DNA of 64,000 bases from contig OZ246408.1 of NCBI GenBank assembly GCA_965231015.1, positions 793,908-857,907 on the forward strand, in the 5' to 3' direction. The DNA is from an uncultured Gammaproteobacteria bacterium. Its GTDB lineage: Bacteria; Patescibacteriota; Patescibacteriia; UBA9934; CAZDDW01. Shown one piece after another: positions 40,372 through 50,193 of the stretch. A model generated the notes under the pieces. It saw only the letters and a list, made by a program, of their open reading frames with translations. It ran no database searches and had not been told where the DNA came from. The stretch's first letter is position 1, and the number at the start of each line of letters is the position of its first letter. A program made the position numbers and the translations under genes.

Positions 40372-40434
40372 CCCGAAATTCGAAGATCGAAATTCAAAAT
40401 GTTTCGGATTTCGTGCTTCGAGCTTCGGATTTTT
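40372..40434. repeat. inverted arrays of 7-nt tandem repeats (CGAAATT / TTCGGAT types)
   Basis: cgaaatt cgaagat cgaaatt ... tttcgga tttcgtg cttcgag cttcgga ttt. Confidence 0.75.
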
Positions 40435-40441
40435 TCTTACT

Positions 40442-41773
40442 ATGATTCCAAAAATTGCTATCATTGGCCGAGCCAATGTTGGAAAATCAACTCTCTTTAA
40501 TCGTCTGGTAGAACGCCAGAAAGCTTTAGTTTCCAAAATCCCCGGCACCACTAGAGATCGAAACGAAGCTGATTGTTTATGGCGCGGTAAAATTATTCGT
40601 ATAATTGATACCGGGGGCATGGATGTGGATTGGAAAAATGAAATTGAACAAAAAATCGTAGCGCAAGCTCGCAAAGCCATGGATGAAGCGGACGTGATTT
40701 TATTCCTGGTTGATGCCAGAGCCGGACTAATGCCACTTGATGAAACCCTAGCCAAAGAACTAGCAAAAAGTACCAAGCCAGTCATTCCGGTTGTGAACAA
40801 GATTGATGGGGTTAAGAAACTGCCGGAATGGAAATGGCCTCTTTCTGATCCATGCGCAATTTCCGCAGCTAAAGGAAACGGGGTCGGTGATTTGCTAGAT
40901 GAAATCTATGAAACACTCAAAAAATTAAAGAAGCATCCCGCTGATATTACTGAGGTCACTTCCAGTCACATTGCCGTGATCGGAAAACCAAACGTGGGTA
41001 AATCTTCGTTTATTAATAAAGTACTTGGCGAAGAACGGTTTATTGTTTCTGGGACCGCTCACACTACCCGTGAACCAAACGACACTGAAGTGGAAGTTGG
41101 TGGTAAGAAGTACGTATTGATTGACACAGCCGGGATTAGAAAGCTGGCCAAAGTTAAAAAGGCACGCACGCTGGAAACTGCTAGTGTACGACGTAGTCTT
41201 GATACTCTAAAAAAAGCCGATGTGGCTCTTTTTGTGATCGACATCAGCAAACCCATTACCGCACAAGACAAAATTTTGGCCGGACTTATTATTGACGCTC
41301 GAGTAGGCACTGTGATTGTGGCTAATAAGTGGGACTTGATTGAAGATAAGGAAACCAACATCAACCAAAAATTCAATAAAAAAATCCACAATACTTTCCC
41401 CTACTTTACTTGGGCACCGATCATTTATACCTCGGCCAAGTCCGGACAGCGAGTTAAAAAAGTTTTTGAATTGGTTGATGAAGTTCAGCAGGCTCGCTAC
41501 AAAGAAATCTCTCAAGAGGAACTTGATACATTTTTAGCGCGAGCCATGCGCAAACAAAAACCTCTACGCGGAAAAGGGGCCGGTTTTCCAAAAATTGTTG
41601 GCTTTTCTCAAATTGGTATTGCCCCCCCAAGATTCCAACTGGTGGTCAAGGGTAAATATACCGAGGCTTTAAATAAAGCTTACGTTCGATACCTGGAAAA
41701 CAGTCTTCGCGAACATTTTAAATTGATCGGAACTCCTGTTAAAATAAGCGTAAGAGCTAGTAAAAAAGTATGA
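40442..41773 (+). CDS. der: ribosome biogenesis GTPase Der (EngA)
   Basis: Two GTPase domains (GRANVGKS, GKPNVGKS; DTGG/DTAG; NKID/NKWD) plus KH-like tail. Confidence 0.96.
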   Translation: MIPKIAIIGRANVGKSTLFNRLVERQKALVSKIPGTTRDRNEADCLWRGKIIRIIDTGGMDVDWKNEIEQKIVAQARKAMDEADVILFLVDARAGLMPLDETLAKELAKSTKPVIPVVNKIDGVKKLPEWKWPLSDPCAISAAKGNGVGDLLDEIYETLKKLKKHPADITEVTSSHIAVIGKPNVGKSSFINKVLGEERFIVSGTAHTTREPNDTEVEVGGKKYVLIDTAGIRKLAKVKKARTLETASVRRSLDTLKKADVALFVIDISKPITAQDKILAGLIIDARVGTVIVANKWDLIEDKETNINQKFNKKIHNTFPYFTWAPIIYTSAKSGQRVKKVFELVDEVQQARYKEISQEELDTFLARAMRKQKPLRGKGAGFPKIVGFSQIGIAPPRFQLVVKGKYTEALNKAYVRYLENSLREHFKLIGTPVKISVRASKKV

Positions 41774-42303
41774 TCTTAGTTGTCGGACTGGGAAACCCTG
41801 GCAAAAAGTACGAAGACACACGTCACAACGTGGGCATGATTGTGGTAGATCGATTAGCAGAAAAAAATGGAGCCAATTGGAAAAATAAGTCGCGTTGGAA
41901 GGCTGAGGTTGCTGAAACCGAGCTCGAAAACCACAAGGTTCTGCTGATAAAACCCCAAACCTTCATGAACAATTCCGGCCAAGCTGTACAGGCGGCTCGA
42001 GGCTGGTTTAAAAAGGTGCCAGTTGATCAAATCGTGGTTGTACACGATGAGGCTGATTTGCCGTTTGGAGAAGTTCGGGTTAAGCAAGGTGGTGGTTCAG
42101 CCGGACACAATGGAATTAAGTCGATTGAGCAACACCTGGGCAGCCCGGAATTCTGGCGTGTGCGCGTTGGCGTGGGCAAACCCGAGCATCCGCATGTGCC
42201 GCTCGACCAATGGGTGTTAGGTGAGTTTAGTAAGGACGAAAAAGATCAACTCGATTCGATTGCCGAAGAGGCAATAATCAAAATTCACGAAACCCTGAAC
42301 TAA
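41770..42303 (+). CDS. pth: peptidyl-tRNA hydrolase
   Basis: GLGNPG, TRHNVG, KPQTFMN, HDE, GHNG. Confidence 0.97.
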   Translation: MILVVGLGNPGKKYEDTRHNVGMIVVDRLAEKNGANWKNKSRWKAEVAETELENHKVLLIKPQTFMNNSGQAVQAARGWFKKVPVDQIVVVHDEADLPFGEVRVKQGGGSAGHNGIKSIEQHLGSPEFWRVRVGVGKPEHPHVPLDQWVLGEFSKDEKDQLDSIAEEAIIKIHETLN

Positions 42304-42320
42304 TATCCACACAGACAGCA

Positions 42321-42397
42321 TTGACAAAACCATTTTTTCGTGGTAAAAACGAGATACTAATAAAAAGACTCCCCATTTCTGCGGGAGTTTTGTTTTT
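42321..42397 (+). promoter_or_regulatory. promoter (TTGACA-17-TAAAAA) followed by a terminator-like hairpin before dprA
   Basis: Stem AAGACTCCC/GGGAGTTTT at 42365-42391 with T tract abutting ATG 42398. Confidence 0.5.
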
Positions 42398-43483
42398 ATG
42401 AACAATGATCTTAAATATTTAATCGCCTTATTGCGATTTAGAAAGTTCGGAGCCAAGCGCACAGCTTACTTGCGCAATTTTTTTGATTCTTGGCAGAACG
42501 CGTTCCAAGCCTCGCTCTCTGAACTCATTGAGGCTGGGATCGATTCAAAAGTAGCCGAGGAGTTTGTGACCCAACATCGTTCGATTGAACCGGATCGCGA
42601 GCTCGAGCTGATGAACCAACACAAAATCAACTTGATTCCTTTTGGCGACTCGGCCTACCCCAAGCGTTTAGCCACGATCTACGATCCGCCGGCTGCTCTA
42701 TTTATTCGCGGTACCCTGTCCGAACCTGAAGTACAATATTTTTCAGTCGTAGGAACCAGAAAACTTACGCGTTACGGCGAACAAGCCGTGTATGAAATTG
42801 TGCCAAACTTGGCTAAAGCAGGACTTGTGATTACGAGTGGACTGGCGCTCGGAATTGATACTCTTGCTCACAAAGCTACGCTCATAGCCGGTGGCAAAAC
42901 CGTGGCTGTGTTACCCGGGGGAATTGATGACGAGTCAATCGTCCCTAAACAAAATCGAAATCTGGCCAGCGAAATCATTAATTCCGGTGGAGCCATAATC
43001 AGTGAATTTCCACCCGGCACTGGTTCATTTAAGGGTAGTTTTCCTTTCCGTAACCGCATTATTTCCGGTTTGTCCAACGGAACGTTAGTCATCGAGGCCG
43101 CAGAGCGCTCCGGAAGTCTGATCACAGCCAAAACAGCCCTGGAACAAAATCGAGATGTTTTTGCCGTGCCTGGCCCCATCACCTCGCCCACTTCTCTCGG
43201 CCCCAACAACCTCATCAAAATGGGTGCCACCCCCACCACAGAACCGGCTGATATCCTAGGTCATTATGACATCAACGGACACGTAATAAATTTACCCATA
43301 GTCGAACCAACTGATGAAATCGAGTTGTTAATATTTGAAAATCTTTCTAAAGAGCCTACACACATTAACCTCATTGTCTCGACCACCAAACTAGACGCCG
43401 CTAAGGTCGCGGGGGCTCTGACCTTAATGGAGATGAAAGGTATGATTCGCCATCTTGGAGGCATGAATTTCGTAAGGCGGTAA
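42398..43483 (+). CDS. dprA: DNA-processing protein DprA
   Basis: VVGTRK, TSGLALGID, FPFRNRIISG, SGSLITA, VFAVPG, C-terminal winged helix. Confidence 0.97.
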   Translation: MNNDLKYLIALLRFRKFGAKRTAYLRNFFDSWQNAFQASLSELIEAGIDSKVAEEFVTQHRSIEPDRELELMNQHKINLIPFGDSAYPKRLATIYDPPAALFIRGTLSEPEVQYFSVVGTRKLTRYGEQAVYEIVPNLAKAGLVITSGLALGIDTLAHKATLIAGGKTVAVLPGGIDDESIVPKQNRNLASEIINSGGAIISEFPPGTGSFKGSFPFRNRIISGLSNGTLVIEAAERSGSLITAKTALEQNRDVFAVPGPITSPTSLGPNNLIKMGATPTTEPADILGHYDINGHVINLPIVEPTDEIELLIFENLSKEPTHINLIVSTTKLDAAKVAGALTLMEMKGMIRHLGGMNFVRR

Positions 43484-43490
43484 ATGACTT

Positions 43491-43530
43491 CATGTATGCA
43501 TTTATACATGTATGCATTTTTTCATTTAAT
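43491..43530. repeat. five 8-nt tandem units upstream of four-helix-bundle gene
   Basis: catgtatg catttata catgtatg catttttt catttaat. Confidence 0.7.
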
Positions 43531-43534
43531 AAAT

Positions 43535-43903
43535 ATGAATCAACAAGATCTGAAATTCAAAACACTTAATTTTAGCAAACAAACGATTCAGCTCTGCCGG
43601 GCTCTGTCGTCGGACACCATCTCAAAACCGATAATAAATCAATTGATCCGTTCGGCAACAAGTGTTGGAGCTAATTATCGTGAAGCTTGTGCTGCCTGTT
43701 CAGCACTCGATTTCAGACATAAAATTTATATATGTCGGAAAGAAGCCGAGGAAAGTGAATATTGGATACAACTGCTTTTTAACTGTTTTCCTAACCAAAA
43801 CAACCAAATTCAGGAACTCTTCGATGAATGTAAAGAAGTAAAAAAGATTTTCTGTGCCAGCACAATGACAATAGAAAAGTCACGAAAACTTAACAATGAA
43901 TAA
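43535..43903 (+). CDS. four helix bundle protein (23S rRNA IVP / Avd-like fold)
   Basis: NQLIRSATSVGANYREA...F..K..ICRKEAEESEYW. Confidence 0.92.
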   Translation: MNQQDLKFKTLNFSKQTIQLCRALSSDTISKPIINQLIRSATSVGANYREACAACSALDFRHKIYICRKEAEESEYWIQLLFNCFPNQNNQIQELFDECKEVKKIFCASTMTIEKSRKLNNE

Positions 43904-43938
43904 TTGTATAAATTAATAGATGGATAGATAAATGTATT
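43895..43938. repeat. 8-nt tandem units downstream of four-helix-bundle gene, inverted relative to the upstream array
   Basis: aatgaata attgtata aattaata gatggata ... aatgtatt. Confidence 0.6.
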
Positions 43939-43984
43939 TCCTCAGACTTGACATAAGTAGGTCATATACATTATCTTATAGGCC

Positions 43985-46207
43985 ATGTCACGTTTAGTAA
44001 TCGTTGAGTCACCAACGAAAGCCAAAACCATTTCTAAATTTCTAGGGAAAGGATACAACGTCCTCTCCTCTTTTGGTCATATCAGGGATTTACCGAAAAG
44101 TACCACCGGGGTTGATGTTGAGAATGATTTTAAACCAAAATTTGTTATCCCAACGGCCAAACGAAAAACCGTGACCGCTTTAAAAAAGGCGGCTGAAAAG
44201 GCTGATGAAATTTTGTTCGCTACTGATGAAGACCGAGAGGGAGAAGCTATCAGCTGGCATTTGGCAGAAATTTTAGATGTGCCGGCTGAAAAAATTAAAC
44301 GAATTGTTTTTCACGAAATTACCAAGGACGCGATTAATGAGGCCTTGAAAAACCCGCGGCCAATCGACATGAAGCTTGTCGATGCACAACAAGCACGTCG
44401 CATCCTAGATCGATTGGTAGGTTATGAACTAAGTCCGTTTTTGTGGCACAAAATCCGCCGTGGACTTTCTGCTGGTCGAGTTCAATCAGTGGCCGTACGA
44501 TTAATTGTTGAGCGCGAGCGCGAACGAGATGCTTTTGAAAGCGAAGAGTACTGGTCAATAGAAAGTATTCTGAAAAAAGACAACACAGAATTCGAAACTA
44601 AGCTCACTGCAGAAGATGGAAAAAAGCTCGACAAGCTGGAGATCAAGAACGAAGCTCAGGCCAGTAAAATTCTTGATGAACTCAAAGGTACAGACTGGAA
44701 AGTTGCCAGCGTTAAGAAGACAGAGAAAAAACGCAAATCCCCTACCCCATTTACAACTTCAAAGCTGCAACAGGCAGCCAACAATAAACTCGGTTTCTCA
44801 GCCAAGAAAACCATGATGATTGCTCAGCAACTTTATGAAGGTATTGATGTTGGCAGTGAAGGATCGGTTGGTTTAATCACTTACATGCGTACTGACTCGC
44901 TCAATCTTTCAGATAAATTTCTCACTGATGCGGAAAACCACATCAAAGATAACCTTGGAGCAGAATTCCATCAGCGTCAGGTTTATAAAACCAAAAGTAA
45001 GGGGGCCCAAGAAGCGCACGAAGCCATTCGTCCAACCGAAGCTTTCCGACACCCAGACAAAATCAAGGACTCATTGAGCTCAGATCAATTCAAGTTATAT
45101 GACTTAATCTGGCGGCGCTCCATTGCCAGCCAAATGCCAGAAGCGATCTTTGACTCAACTTCGGTAGACATTAATGCTTCGCGCTACACCTTCCATGCTA
45201 CTGGATCAGTGATTAAGTTTGAGGGATTCTTAAAAGTATATAAAGAAAAGAGAAAAGAAACCATCCTGCCTGAAATGAATGAAGGTGATGCGCTCGACCT
45301 CGTTAAACTGGAACCAAAACAACACTTCACTGAACCACCGGCCCGCTACACCGACGCTTCTCTTGTCAAAGCTTTGGAAGAGCATGAAATCGGACGACCT
45401 TCAACTTATGCTCCTACCATTGCCACAATTATTGACCGAGGCTATGTTGAACGAGATGAAAAGAAACATCTATTCCCGGATGATATTGCCTATACCGTCA
45501 ACGATATGCTAGTGGAACATTTTCCTGACATTGTTGATTTAAAGTTTACTGCCAAAATGGAAAAAAATCTGGATGAAGTAGCTGAAGGAGATATTGAGTG
45601 GGTTCCACTTCTTAGTACCTTTTATCATCCGTTTCACGAAAACCTGGAAAAGAAAGAAAAGGAAGTTAAAAAAATTAAAAAAGAAGACGTACAAACTGAC
45701 ATCGAATGTGACAAGTGTGGCAAAACAATGGTAATAAAGGATGGGCGTTTCGGTAAATTCCTGGCCTGTTCTGGATTTCCTGATTGTAAAAACACTAAGC
45801 CGGTCAAAGAAAACGGAGATGGAGAACCGGAAGTCGATGAAGAAACAACGGACGAAAAGTGTCCCAAGTGTGGCGGCGACATGGTAGTTAAACATGGGCG
45901 TTTCGGTAAATTCCTGTCTTGTTCAAATTATCCGGAATGTAAGAGCATTAAATCAATTGCCAAAGGAACCGGAGTCAGCTGTCCGCAATGCCAAAAAGGT
46001 GAACTGTCTGAAAAAAGAACCCGGCGTGGAAAAACTTTTTACGGTTGTGACCAATATCCAGATTGTGACTTTGCACTGTGGAGCAAACCGACCGGAGCTA
46101 AATGCCCGGAATGTAAATCATTGGTGGTCTTTGGAGCCAAAGACACGGTGAGATGTTCAAGTAAAGAATGTAAATGGAAAGACAAAGCTCCAACCAAATC
46201 AGAATAA
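43985..46207 (+). CDS. topA: DNA topoisomerase I
   Basis: VESPTKAK, ATDEDREGE, SAGRVQS, ITYMRTD, C-terminal Zn ribbons; TTGACA promoter at 43948. Confidence 0.98.
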   Translation: MSRLVIVESPTKAKTISKFLGKGYNVLSSFGHIRDLPKSTTGVDVENDFKPKFVIPTAKRKTVTALKKAAEKADEILFATDEDREGEAISWHLAEILDVPAEKIKRIVFHEITKDAINEALKNPRPIDMKLVDAQQARRILDRLVGYELSPFLWHKIRRGLSAGRVQSVAVRLIVERERERDAFESEEYWSIESILKKDNTEFETKLTAEDGKKLDKLEIKNEAQASKILDELKGTDWKVASVKKTEKKRKSPTPFTTSKLQQAANNKLGFSAKKTMMIAQQLYEGIDVGSEGSVGLITYMRTDSLNLSDKFLTDAENHIKDNLGAEFHQRQVYKTKSKGAQEAHEAIRPTEAFRHPDKIKDSLSSDQFKLYDLIWRRSIASQMPEAIFDSTSVDINASRYTFHATGSVIKFEGFLKVYKEKRKETILPEMNEGDALDLVKLEPKQHFTEPPARYTDASLVKALEEHEIGRPSTYAPTIATIIDRGYVERDEKKHLFPDDIAYTVNDMLVEHFPDIVDLKFTAKMEKNLDEVAEGDIEWVPLLSTFYHPFHENLEKKEKEVKKIKKEDVQTDIECDKCGKTMVIKDGRFGKFLACSGFPDCKNTKPVKENGDGEPEVDEETTDEKCPKCGGDMVVKHGRFGKFLSCSNYPECKSIKSIAKGTGVSCPQCQKGELSEKRTRRGKTFYGCDQYPDCDFALWSKPTGAKCPECKSLVVFGAKDTVRCSSKECKWKDKAPTKSE

Positions 46208-46210
46208 ACC

Positions 46211-46240
46211 AAAACCCCGCATAATCGCGGGGTTTTAAAA
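46211..46240. terminator. bidirectional terminator
   Basis: AAAACCCCGC-ataatc-GCGGGGTTTT between convergent genes. Confidence 0.85.
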
Positions 46241-46900
46241 TTATTTTTTCTTATCTTTCTTTTTATCTTTTTCCTTCTTCTTTTCCTTTTCCTCTTTTTC
46301 CCATGGTGGCTCTGGCACATCTTCCTTCAAAATCTTTTTAAAATGATCCTTGTGCTTTTCACCCCACTTAAGATCAATCTTTTTCCCAGAACTACCAAAC
46401 GCCAAAATTAAATTTACCGTTCCCTCTGTTAACTTGGCCAATCCACCTAATACTTCCCCGGTAATTCCAGAGTAGGCCGCCCGAAACGATCGAAAGCCCC
46501 ATTTTTCAACCCGCCACATGGTGTTGCGGAACTTGTTTCTAACACCACCAAACACAAATCGTCCGGCTTCCCAGACAGGGACTCCGACTGCTGCCCCGGC
46601 TGCGGCAGGATATTTCAACCACTGATTCTTGATCGGCGTTCCATACTCATCCTCCTCTTCCGGTTGTGACTCCGGCTTTGTTTCTTCTTCTAAGTCACCC
46701 TCCGCTTCCAGAGCCGCCTGTTCAGCATTCAGGCGTGCTTGTTCAACCAGGTGAGTCCGTTCAGCTTCAGAAATTGGCACCCCGCGTTCACGCTGCCGTT
46801 TTATTTCTTCTTGTATACTTTGAACCGCTGTTTCAACTCTTCGTCGTATAAGCTCGTCACGGTTTCGATCCGGAGTTGAGCCTGTTTCTGGTGAGGTCAT
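46241..46900 (-). CDS. hypothetical protein with acidic N-terminus and Lys-rich tail
   Basis: 219-aa ORF filling the gap between topA terminator and rel promoter. Confidence 0.7.
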   Translation of the reverse strand: MTSPETGSTPDRNRDELIRRRVETAVQSIQEEIKRQRERGVPISEAERTHLVEQARLNAEQAALEAEGDLEEETKPESQPEEEDEYGTPIKNQWLKYPAAAGAAVGVPVWEAGRFVFGGVRNKFRNTMWRVEKWGFRSFRAAYSGITGEVLGGLAKLTEGTVNLILAFGSSGKKIDLKWGEKHKDHFKKILKEDVPEPPWEKEEKEKKKEKDKKKDKKK

Positions 46901-46982
46901 ATTTTTATCTTAATTAACCCTATGCTATCAAACAAAAACCGACTTTACAAGAAGCTAATTTAAGCGTAGGCTTATAGGTATT

Positions 46983-48464
46983 ATGGACCCTATCGCTCCA
47001 ACCTACGAAGACCTGGAACGAATCATCTTGGAAAATTATGAAGAGCCGAATTTAGAACTGGTTCGTAAAGCTTATGATTACGCGGCCGAGATTCATGGCG
47101 ACAGTAAAAGAGACAGTGGGCATCTTTACATCACGCACCCCATAGCCACCGCCTGCAAACTGGCTCAGATGAAACTTGGCATGACCGTGATTGCCGCTGG
47201 TCTTTTACATGACGTCATGGAAGACGGTGAAATTGAAAAACAAGAAATCTCTTCTAAGTTCGGTCAGGAAATTGCCGAACTCGTTGATGCAGAAACCAAA
47301 CTGCGTAAAGTATATTATCAGGGCGCGGAACGGTATATTGAAAACCTACGCCGCATGTTTTTAGCTATGGCCACGGATGTTCGTGTGGTCTTTATTAAAT
47401 TTGCTGACCGGTTGCACAATCTGAAAACTCTTTATGCCCGCCCTTTACACAAACAGATCCGAACCTCAACCGAAACCTTAGAAATTTATGCACCTATTGC
47501 CAGCCGATTGGGAATGGGAGAAATGAAGGGTGAACTGGAAGACACCGCCTTTGCCTATGCCCACCCGGATGACTACTTGCGAACACTGGAACTGTACGAA
47601 CAACATGTGTCTCCCCGAAAACCCGAGGTTAAACAAATCATTAATGATGCTCAAGAGCTGCTAAGTGCACATAACATTATTCCAGTTTCCGTACACGGCC
47701 GCGCGAAACGCATCTATTCCCTTTATAAAAAGCTACAACGTTACAATAATAATATTGAAAAAATATACGACCTGGTGGCGGTACGAATTGTGGTTAACGA
47801 TGTAGCCGAGTGCTACACTTCACTTGGTATTTTGCATGGTAAATGGCGACCTTTACCGGGCAGGATCAAGGATTATATTTCCCAGCCAAAACCAAATGGA
47901 TATCAGTCGCTGCACACGACGGTCTTTTGTGCCGAGGGAAACATCATCGAGTTTCAGATTCGCACTGAAGAAATGCACGAACTGGCTGAATTTGGTGTGG
48001 CGGCACATTGGCGTTATGAAGAAACCGGCTCCAGAAAAAATAAAAATATCCAATGGATGGAAGAACTTTCCGCACTAAATAAAGAAATCAGCAGTCATAA
48101 GGATTATTTGGCCAAGTTGGAGGCCTTAAAAATTGATCTTTTCCGCGACCGAATTTTTGTCTTTACTCCCAAGGGTGACGTAATTGACCTTCCGGAAAAA
48201 GCCACCCCAATTGACTTTGCCTATTCCATTCACACAGAAATCGGCCATAAGGCCACTTCAGCCAGAATTAATGATAAGATTGCAAACTTGGATACAGAAC
48301 TTCGTTCCGGAGATATTTGTGAAATCATAGTTGATAAAAACCGGAAAGGGCCAAATCCGGACTGGTTGAAATATGCGAAAACCAACCAAGCCAGAAACAA
48401 AATAAAAGCAGCCACTAAGAAAACTGTCAAAGGATGGCTGCGTAATCTTACTAATCAAACTTAA
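46983..48464 (+). CDS. rel: RelA/SpoT family (p)ppGpp synthetase/hydrolase (HD-SYNTH-TGS, no ZFD/ACT)
   Basis: LLHDVMED, ADRLHN, YQSLHT, EFQIRT, TPIDFAY. Confidence 0.95.
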   Translation: MDPIAPTYEDLERIILENYEEPNLELVRKAYDYAAEIHGDSKRDSGHLYITHPIATACKLAQMKLGMTVIAAGLLHDVMEDGEIEKQEISSKFGQEIAELVDAETKLRKVYYQGAERYIENLRRMFLAMATDVRVVFIKFADRLHNLKTLYARPLHKQIRTSTETLEIYAPIASRLGMGEMKGELEDTAFAYAHPDDYLRTLELYEQHVSPRKPEVKQIINDAQELLSAHNIIPVSVHGRAKRIYSLYKKLQRYNNNIEKIYDLVAVRIVVNDVAECYTSLGILHGKWRPLPGRIKDYISQPKPNGYQSLHTTVFCAEGNIIEFQIRTEEMHELAEFGVAAHWRYEETGSRKNKNIQWMEELSALNKEISSHKDYLAKLEALKIDLFRDRIFVFTPKGDVIDLPEKATPIDFAYSIHTEIGHKATSARINDKIANLDTELRSGDICEIIVDKNRKGPNPDWLKYAKTNQARNKIKAATKKTVKGWLRNLTNQT

Positions 48465-49330
48465 CCACGAAACTTTTCAATTAATTTTCGAAGGTCTTCC
48501 TTGGAATAAAAGTCTAATATAACTTTTCCCCGACCCTCACGCTCTTGAATCTTAACCTTCGTCCCTAAAGACTGTTCCAACTCCGTTTCTAAAGCCACCA
48601 AATTCGGATCTTGCCCGGTTTTTTTGCGAGCCCGCTTGGCGCTTCCGGCTCGTGCCTCCACCTGACGAACAGTCACCCCTCCTCCCAAGATTTTTTCAAA
48701 TAACTCCCGTCTCTTTTTCTCATCTTCTTCAGAAAGCAGACTGCGAGCGTGAGAACGTGAAATTTTTCCGCCAGCTAAAGCCTCTTGCATGTCACTAGAC
48801 AATTCAAGCAAACGCATGGTATTTGTGACTGCTGACCGACTCTTTCCGACCTGGTCAGCTATTTGTTTTTGAGTCAGACCAAACTCATCCCGTAGGGCCT
48901 TATAAGCCATCGCCTCTTCAACAGCATTCAAGTCTTGCCGTTGAATATTTTCAATCAAAGCCAGTTCCAACTTTTCCTGATCATTCACCGTACGCGAAAC
49001 AATGGGCACCCTTTCAAGTCCTAGTTCTTTGGCCGCTCGCAGACGACGTTCCCCAGCAATCAGCTCGTACTCGCCATCTTCACGAACCGATACTACTAAC
49101 GGTTGTAAAATCCCGTGTTTGCCAATTGATGAAACCAGGTCGTGTAAATCTTCGGTAACAAACTCCTTGCGAGGTTGGCGCGGATTATGACACACCCGCT
49201 CGATCGGCACCTCCAAAACTGTTCCTGGCTCTTTTACTTCTCCATCAGCCGGGGGCGCAATTACTTTTTCATCGTCTTTTTGTGGGATGAGCGAGGAAAG
49301 CCCACGCCCAAGTCCAGAATTTTTTGCCAT
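48461..49330 (-). CDS. parB: chromosome partitioning protein ParB
   Basis: LGRGLSSL, QPRK, GILQP, AGERRLRA, ENIQRQDL, HTH. Confidence 0.97.
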   Translation of the reverse strand: MAKNSGLGRGLSSLIPQKDDEKVIAPPADGEVKEPGTVLEVPIERVCHNPRQPRKEFVTEDLHDLVSSIGKHGILQPLVVSVREDGEYELIAGERRLRAAKELGLERVPIVSRTVNDQEKLELALIENIQRQDLNAVEEAMAYKALRDEFGLTQKQIADQVGKSRSAVTNTMRLLELSSDMQEALAGGKISRSHARSLLSEEDEKKRRELFEKILGGGVTVRQVEARAGSAKRARKKTGQDPNLVALETELEQSLGTKVKIQEREGRGKVILDFYSKEDLRKLIEKFRG

Positions 49331-49334
49331 ATAT

Positions 49335-50108
49335 TTATAGTAGACCGTCTTGTTTCATAATAAACTCGCGCGCCAAACGCTCGTAAGCTTTAGAGGCTTT
49401 CGAATTACGGTCATAGCCAATAATTGTTTTGCCAAATGATGGCGCCTCGGCCAGCCTTACACTACGTGGAATTACTGAACGAAAAATCCGGTTGGGAAAG
49501 TGTTGATACAATTCTTCAAGCACTTCACCGGAAAGCTTGGTTCGTGAATCAAACATGGTAATTACCGCTCCCATCACTTCTAGGTCCGGCTTAAGATTGT
49601 CTTTAACTAAACCAACAGTATTCAACAATTGCCCGAGCCCTTCTAAAGCAAAATACTCAGCCTGAACCGGAATCAAGACCGAATCGGCCGCGACCAATCC
49701 ATTCAAAGTCAATATTCCAAGAGACGGTGGATTATCAACGATCACAAAATCGTAATCATCACGCACGTCTGAAAGGGCCTTATGTAAAAACCATTCCCGA
49801 TTTTCTGAATCAACCAGTTCAATATTAGCCCCAGCTAAATTTCCATGCGCCGGCACTACTCTTAGTTGGTTGTGTTCGGTCGCATGAACCAAGTCTTGCA
49901 CCTTCATGTTGCCAATCATGCCCTCATAAATACTGGCTTCAAGCACCCGGTGGTCAATTCCGAGTCCGGAGGTGGCGTTGGCTTGAGGATCCAAATCAAT
50001 AAGCAAAACAAATTTACCGAGCTCGGCGAGCCAAGCGGATAGATTGAGCGCGGTTGTTGTTTTCCCCACACCACCTTTCTGATTTACGACCGAAATAATG
50101 TGTGCCAT
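49335..50108 (-). CDS. parA: ParA/Soj ATPase
   Basis: NQKGGVGKTT, DLDPQAN, PVQAEYFALEG, EAPSFG. Confidence 0.97.
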   Translation of the reverse strand: MAHIISVVNQKGGVGKTTTALNLSAWLAELGKFVLLIDLDPQANATSGLGIDHRVLEASIYEGMIGNMKVQDLVHATEHNQLRVVPAHGNLAGANIELVDSENREWFLHKALSDVRDDYDFVIVDNPPSLGILTLNGLVAADSVLIPVQAEYFALEGLGQLLNTVGLVKDNLKPDLEVMGAVITMFDSRTKLSGEVLEELYQHFPNRIFRSVIPRSVRLAEAPSFGKTIIGYDRNSKASKAYERLAREFIMKQDGLL

Positions 50109-50193
50109 ATCTGGGGTTATTATACTAGTTTGACCTAAAAAAATCCAGCCATTTAACTGTGTAAAAAGAAACGACGCCCGGGCGAGAAGCTGC

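Noticed and set aside
40372-40434. CRISPR array
   Set aside because: Only 7-8-nt tandem units without spacers; no cas genes or 25-45-nt repeat-spacer pattern seen anywhere in the window
43535-43903. Diversity-generating retroelement (Avd-like gene)
   Set aside because: No reverse transcriptase and no TR/VR pair with adenine-specific mismatches found in the window
45741-45916. Direct repeat ATGGGCGTTTCGGTAAATTCCTG inside topA
   Set aside because: Explained by the duplicated Zn-ribbon (GRFGKFL) modules
48461-50193. oriC or parS near parAB
   Set aside because: No dnaA, no DnaA-box cluster and no canonical TGTTTCACGTGAAACA-like parS seen by eye
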